Below the pieces are notes generated by a model. The model searched no databases and was not told where the DNA came from. It saw nothing but the letters and a program-made list of their open reading frames with translations. From an uncultured Eubacteriales bacterium (GTDB taxonomy: Bacteria; Bacillota; Clostridia; Oscillospirales; CAG-272): a stretch of 64,000 bases of DNA. Position 1 is the first letter of the stretch. Each line of letters begins with the position of its first letter. Made by a program: the position numbers and the translations under genes. The stretch is taken from the NCBI GenBank assembly GCA_900547565.1, contig URHI01000002.1, positions 793-64,792 of the forward strand, written 5' to 3'. Positions 62,474 to 64,000 of the stretch are shown piece by piece.

Positions 62474-63385
62474 TTATTGAGACTGCATTTGGTTCATCAG
62501 TCTGAATATTTCGTCTCTTGTGGCAAGTCCTTCGCTGAACGCGGTTGCTCCCCCCGCCGCTGTGCCGAGCTTCAGGGCGTAGGCATAGTCCGCTTTCTGC
62601 GCATATCCCGCAAGAAAACCCGCCACCATGGAATCTCCGGCGCCTACCGTATTGACGACCTTGCCGTTTATCGCGGGCATATAATACTCTTTTCCGTTTT
62701 CGTCTACCAACACGGCACCCTTTCCCCCCATGGAAACCAGAACGTTCAAGGCGCCCATTTCCCGGAGTTTCCCGGCATACCGGATCGCGTCTTCCGGCGT
62801 GTCGATCCTAACACCGAAAATCTCACCCAATTCATCGTTATTCGGTTTGATGAAAAAAGGTCGGTATTTCAGGGAATTCAGCAGCAGGTCCTTGGTGGCG
62901 TCCACCACAAACCGAACGCCCGTTCCGCTGAGCAGTTCCATTATCTTTTCATATATATCGGAAGGCACCGTATTAGGGATACTACCTGCAAACACCAGTG
63001 TATCACCTTGTTTCAAACCTTTCAGTTTTCCAAGCAGAGCTTTGATGTCGTTTTCGGAAATTGCAGGTCCCTGTCCGTTAATATCCGTCTCGTATTCCGA
63101 ACGGATCTTGACATTGATCCTGGTCAATCCTTCCTTTAAGTGTACAAAATCCGTATGGATCATTCTGCCGCCGAGTGCCTGCTCAATCGCACTTCCGGTA
63201 AACCCGGCGATAAATCCCATGGCAGTGGATTTTATTCCGAGTTCCTGTAAAACAAGCGATACATTGATTCCCTTTCCGCCACAGAATGTTTTTTCTTTTT
63301 CCGAACGGGTGATACTGCCGACCTTAAGTTCCGGTACGTAGACCAGATAATCAATCGCCGGGTTAAAAGTTACCGTATAGATCAT
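62474..63385 (-). CDS. fruK: 1-phosphofructokinase (PfkB family)
   Basis: Start moved to ATG 63385 (MIYTVTFNPAIDY), after AAGGAGG. It forms an ATGA overlap with the fruR stop. PfkB motif NTVGAGDSMVAGF. Confidence 0.9.
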   Translation of the reverse strand: MIYTVTFNPAIDYLVYVPELKVGSITRSEKEKTFCGGKGINVSLVLQELGIKSTAMGFIAGFTGSAIEQALGGRMIHTDFVHLKEGLTRINVKIRSEYETDINGQGPAISENDIKALLGKLKGLKQGDTLVFAGSIPNTVPSDIYEKIMELLSGTGVRFVVDATKDLLLNSLKYRPFFIKPNNDELGEIFGVRIDTPEDAIRYAGKLREMGALNVLVSMGGKGAVLVDENGKEYYMPAINGKVVNTVGAGDSMVAGFLAGYAQKADYAYALKLGTAAGGATAFSEGLATRDEIFRLMNQMQSQ

Positions 63386-64000
63386 TCGCCCACCTCCTTG
63401 ACAACTGTACATTCTTTATACCGATCGTCCGGCAATTTATCCGTCAGGATACAGGCATTTCCTATGTCTGCAAAGGTGACGGCTGCCGACTTTCCGAATT
63501 TCGAATGGTCTGCTAAAATGTATGTCACATAACTTTTTTGAACAGCAGTGCGCTTCACGCTTGCCTCGTCGATATTGTGCGTGGTATACCCGATCTCCGT
63601 ATGGATGCCGTTGGTTCCCAGAAAGCATTTGGTAAAGTTATACCGGTTGATCGTTTCCACACAACTGACACCCACCAATGCCTCTGTTGTCGTTTTTACT
63701 TCTCCGCCGGTCAGATATACCTTAAATCCTCTGCGAGCAAGAAGATGTGCATGATTGAACGCATTCGTCACGAACGTGACATCCTTTTGGGTAATATACG
63801 CAATCATTTTTCCGGTCGTTGTACCTGCGTCGATAAAAACAAAATCGTTGGGGCGAATCGTTTCTGCGGCATACTTGGCAATGCGTTCCTTCGCAGAAGC
63901 ATTCAGCTTCATTTTTTCGTCCACATCCGGTTCTTGCAACAGAATGCTCGGTTCCATAGTCACCGCACCGCCGTGCACCTTTTTCAGTTTACCCATCTTT
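63382..64000 (-). CDS. fruR: DeoR-family repressor (FruR-like), N-terminal HTH beyond the right edge
   Basis: DeoR C-terminal sugar-phosphate-binding domain (…VFIDAGTTTGKMIAYI…TNAFNHAHLL…ILADHSKFG…). The frame is open to the window end. Confidence 0.8.
   Translation of the reverse strand, partial: KMGKLKKVHGGAVTMEPSILLQEPDVDEKMKLNASAKERIAKYAAETIRPNDFVFIDAGTTTGKMIAYITQKDVTFVTNAFNHAHLLARRGFKVYLTGGEVKTTTEALVGVSCVETINRYNFTKCFLGTNGIHTEIGYTTHNIDEASVKRTAVQKSYVTYILADHSKFGKSAAVTFADIGNACILTDKLPDDRYKECTVVKEVGE

Noticed and set aside
1-64000. tRNA, rRNA, tmRNA or RNase P genes.
   Set aside because: I saw no cloverleaf-like GC-rich 70-90-nt islands with a T-loop GTTCRANYC, and no rRNA-like conserved blocks in the intergenic regions. 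This was an inspection by eye only, so small RNAs cannot be excluded.

Overview
This 64-kb chromosomal segment reads like an anaerobic Clostridia genome (Oscillospiraceae/Ruminococcaceae-like). It has many lipoproteins, AGGAGG-type SD sites and TTGACA/TATAAT promoters. By eye it is about 50-55% GC on the left, with more AT-rich patches from about 28 kb onward. I support about 60 genes plus several gene fragments.

Left to right:
(i) A CUT1-type sugar ABC transporter whose binding protein is 1167 aa and fused to CBM-like modules, followed by nifS-nifU.
(ii) At 8.7-26.4 kb, a LacI-associated catabolic locus of unknown substrate. It holds three paralogous MBL-fold hydrolases with an extra N-terminal domain, two tandem paralogous TIM-barrel-like proteins with a Cys4 motif, a ceramidase-like protein, an orphan binding protein, and CBM9-like and BspA-LRR surface proteins. 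A hydrolase-ruvX pair interrupts it.
(iii) A rearrangement scar made of gene fragments, then a 7-gene operon led by a LexA-like repressor and containing two Fe-S/radical-SAM-type proteins.
(iv) The most unusual part is an AT-rich cassette: a PqqD-type RRE, an HPr-kinase-like P-loop protein, and an S24/S26-peptidase::nucleotidyltransferase fusion. It is preceded by a repeat lipoprotein and by a 49-codon ORF absent from the ORF track that carries an RRE-type leader motif. The cassette is co-oriented with a 943-aa secreted protein and a membrane-sensor/kinase/NarL-type regulator trio, with a perfect TACCCAT-ATGGGTA palindrome in between.
(v) MerR-MFS, MarR-acyl-CoA synthetase, an XRE-TPR regulator flanked by GC-rich palindromic repeat elements, and an ECF sigma/anti-sigma-lipoprotein-MBOAT-DHHW envelope-acylation cluster.
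(vi) A decaying sugar-acid cluster (truncations, two frameshifts) next to an inactivated IS200-type tnpA.
(vii) fruR-fruK-fruA-ptsH-ptsI.

I saw no rRNA, tRNA or CRISPR array. All functional calls come from motif and architecture recognition by eye. No database search or folding computation was run, and promoter and terminator coordinates are hand-derived.
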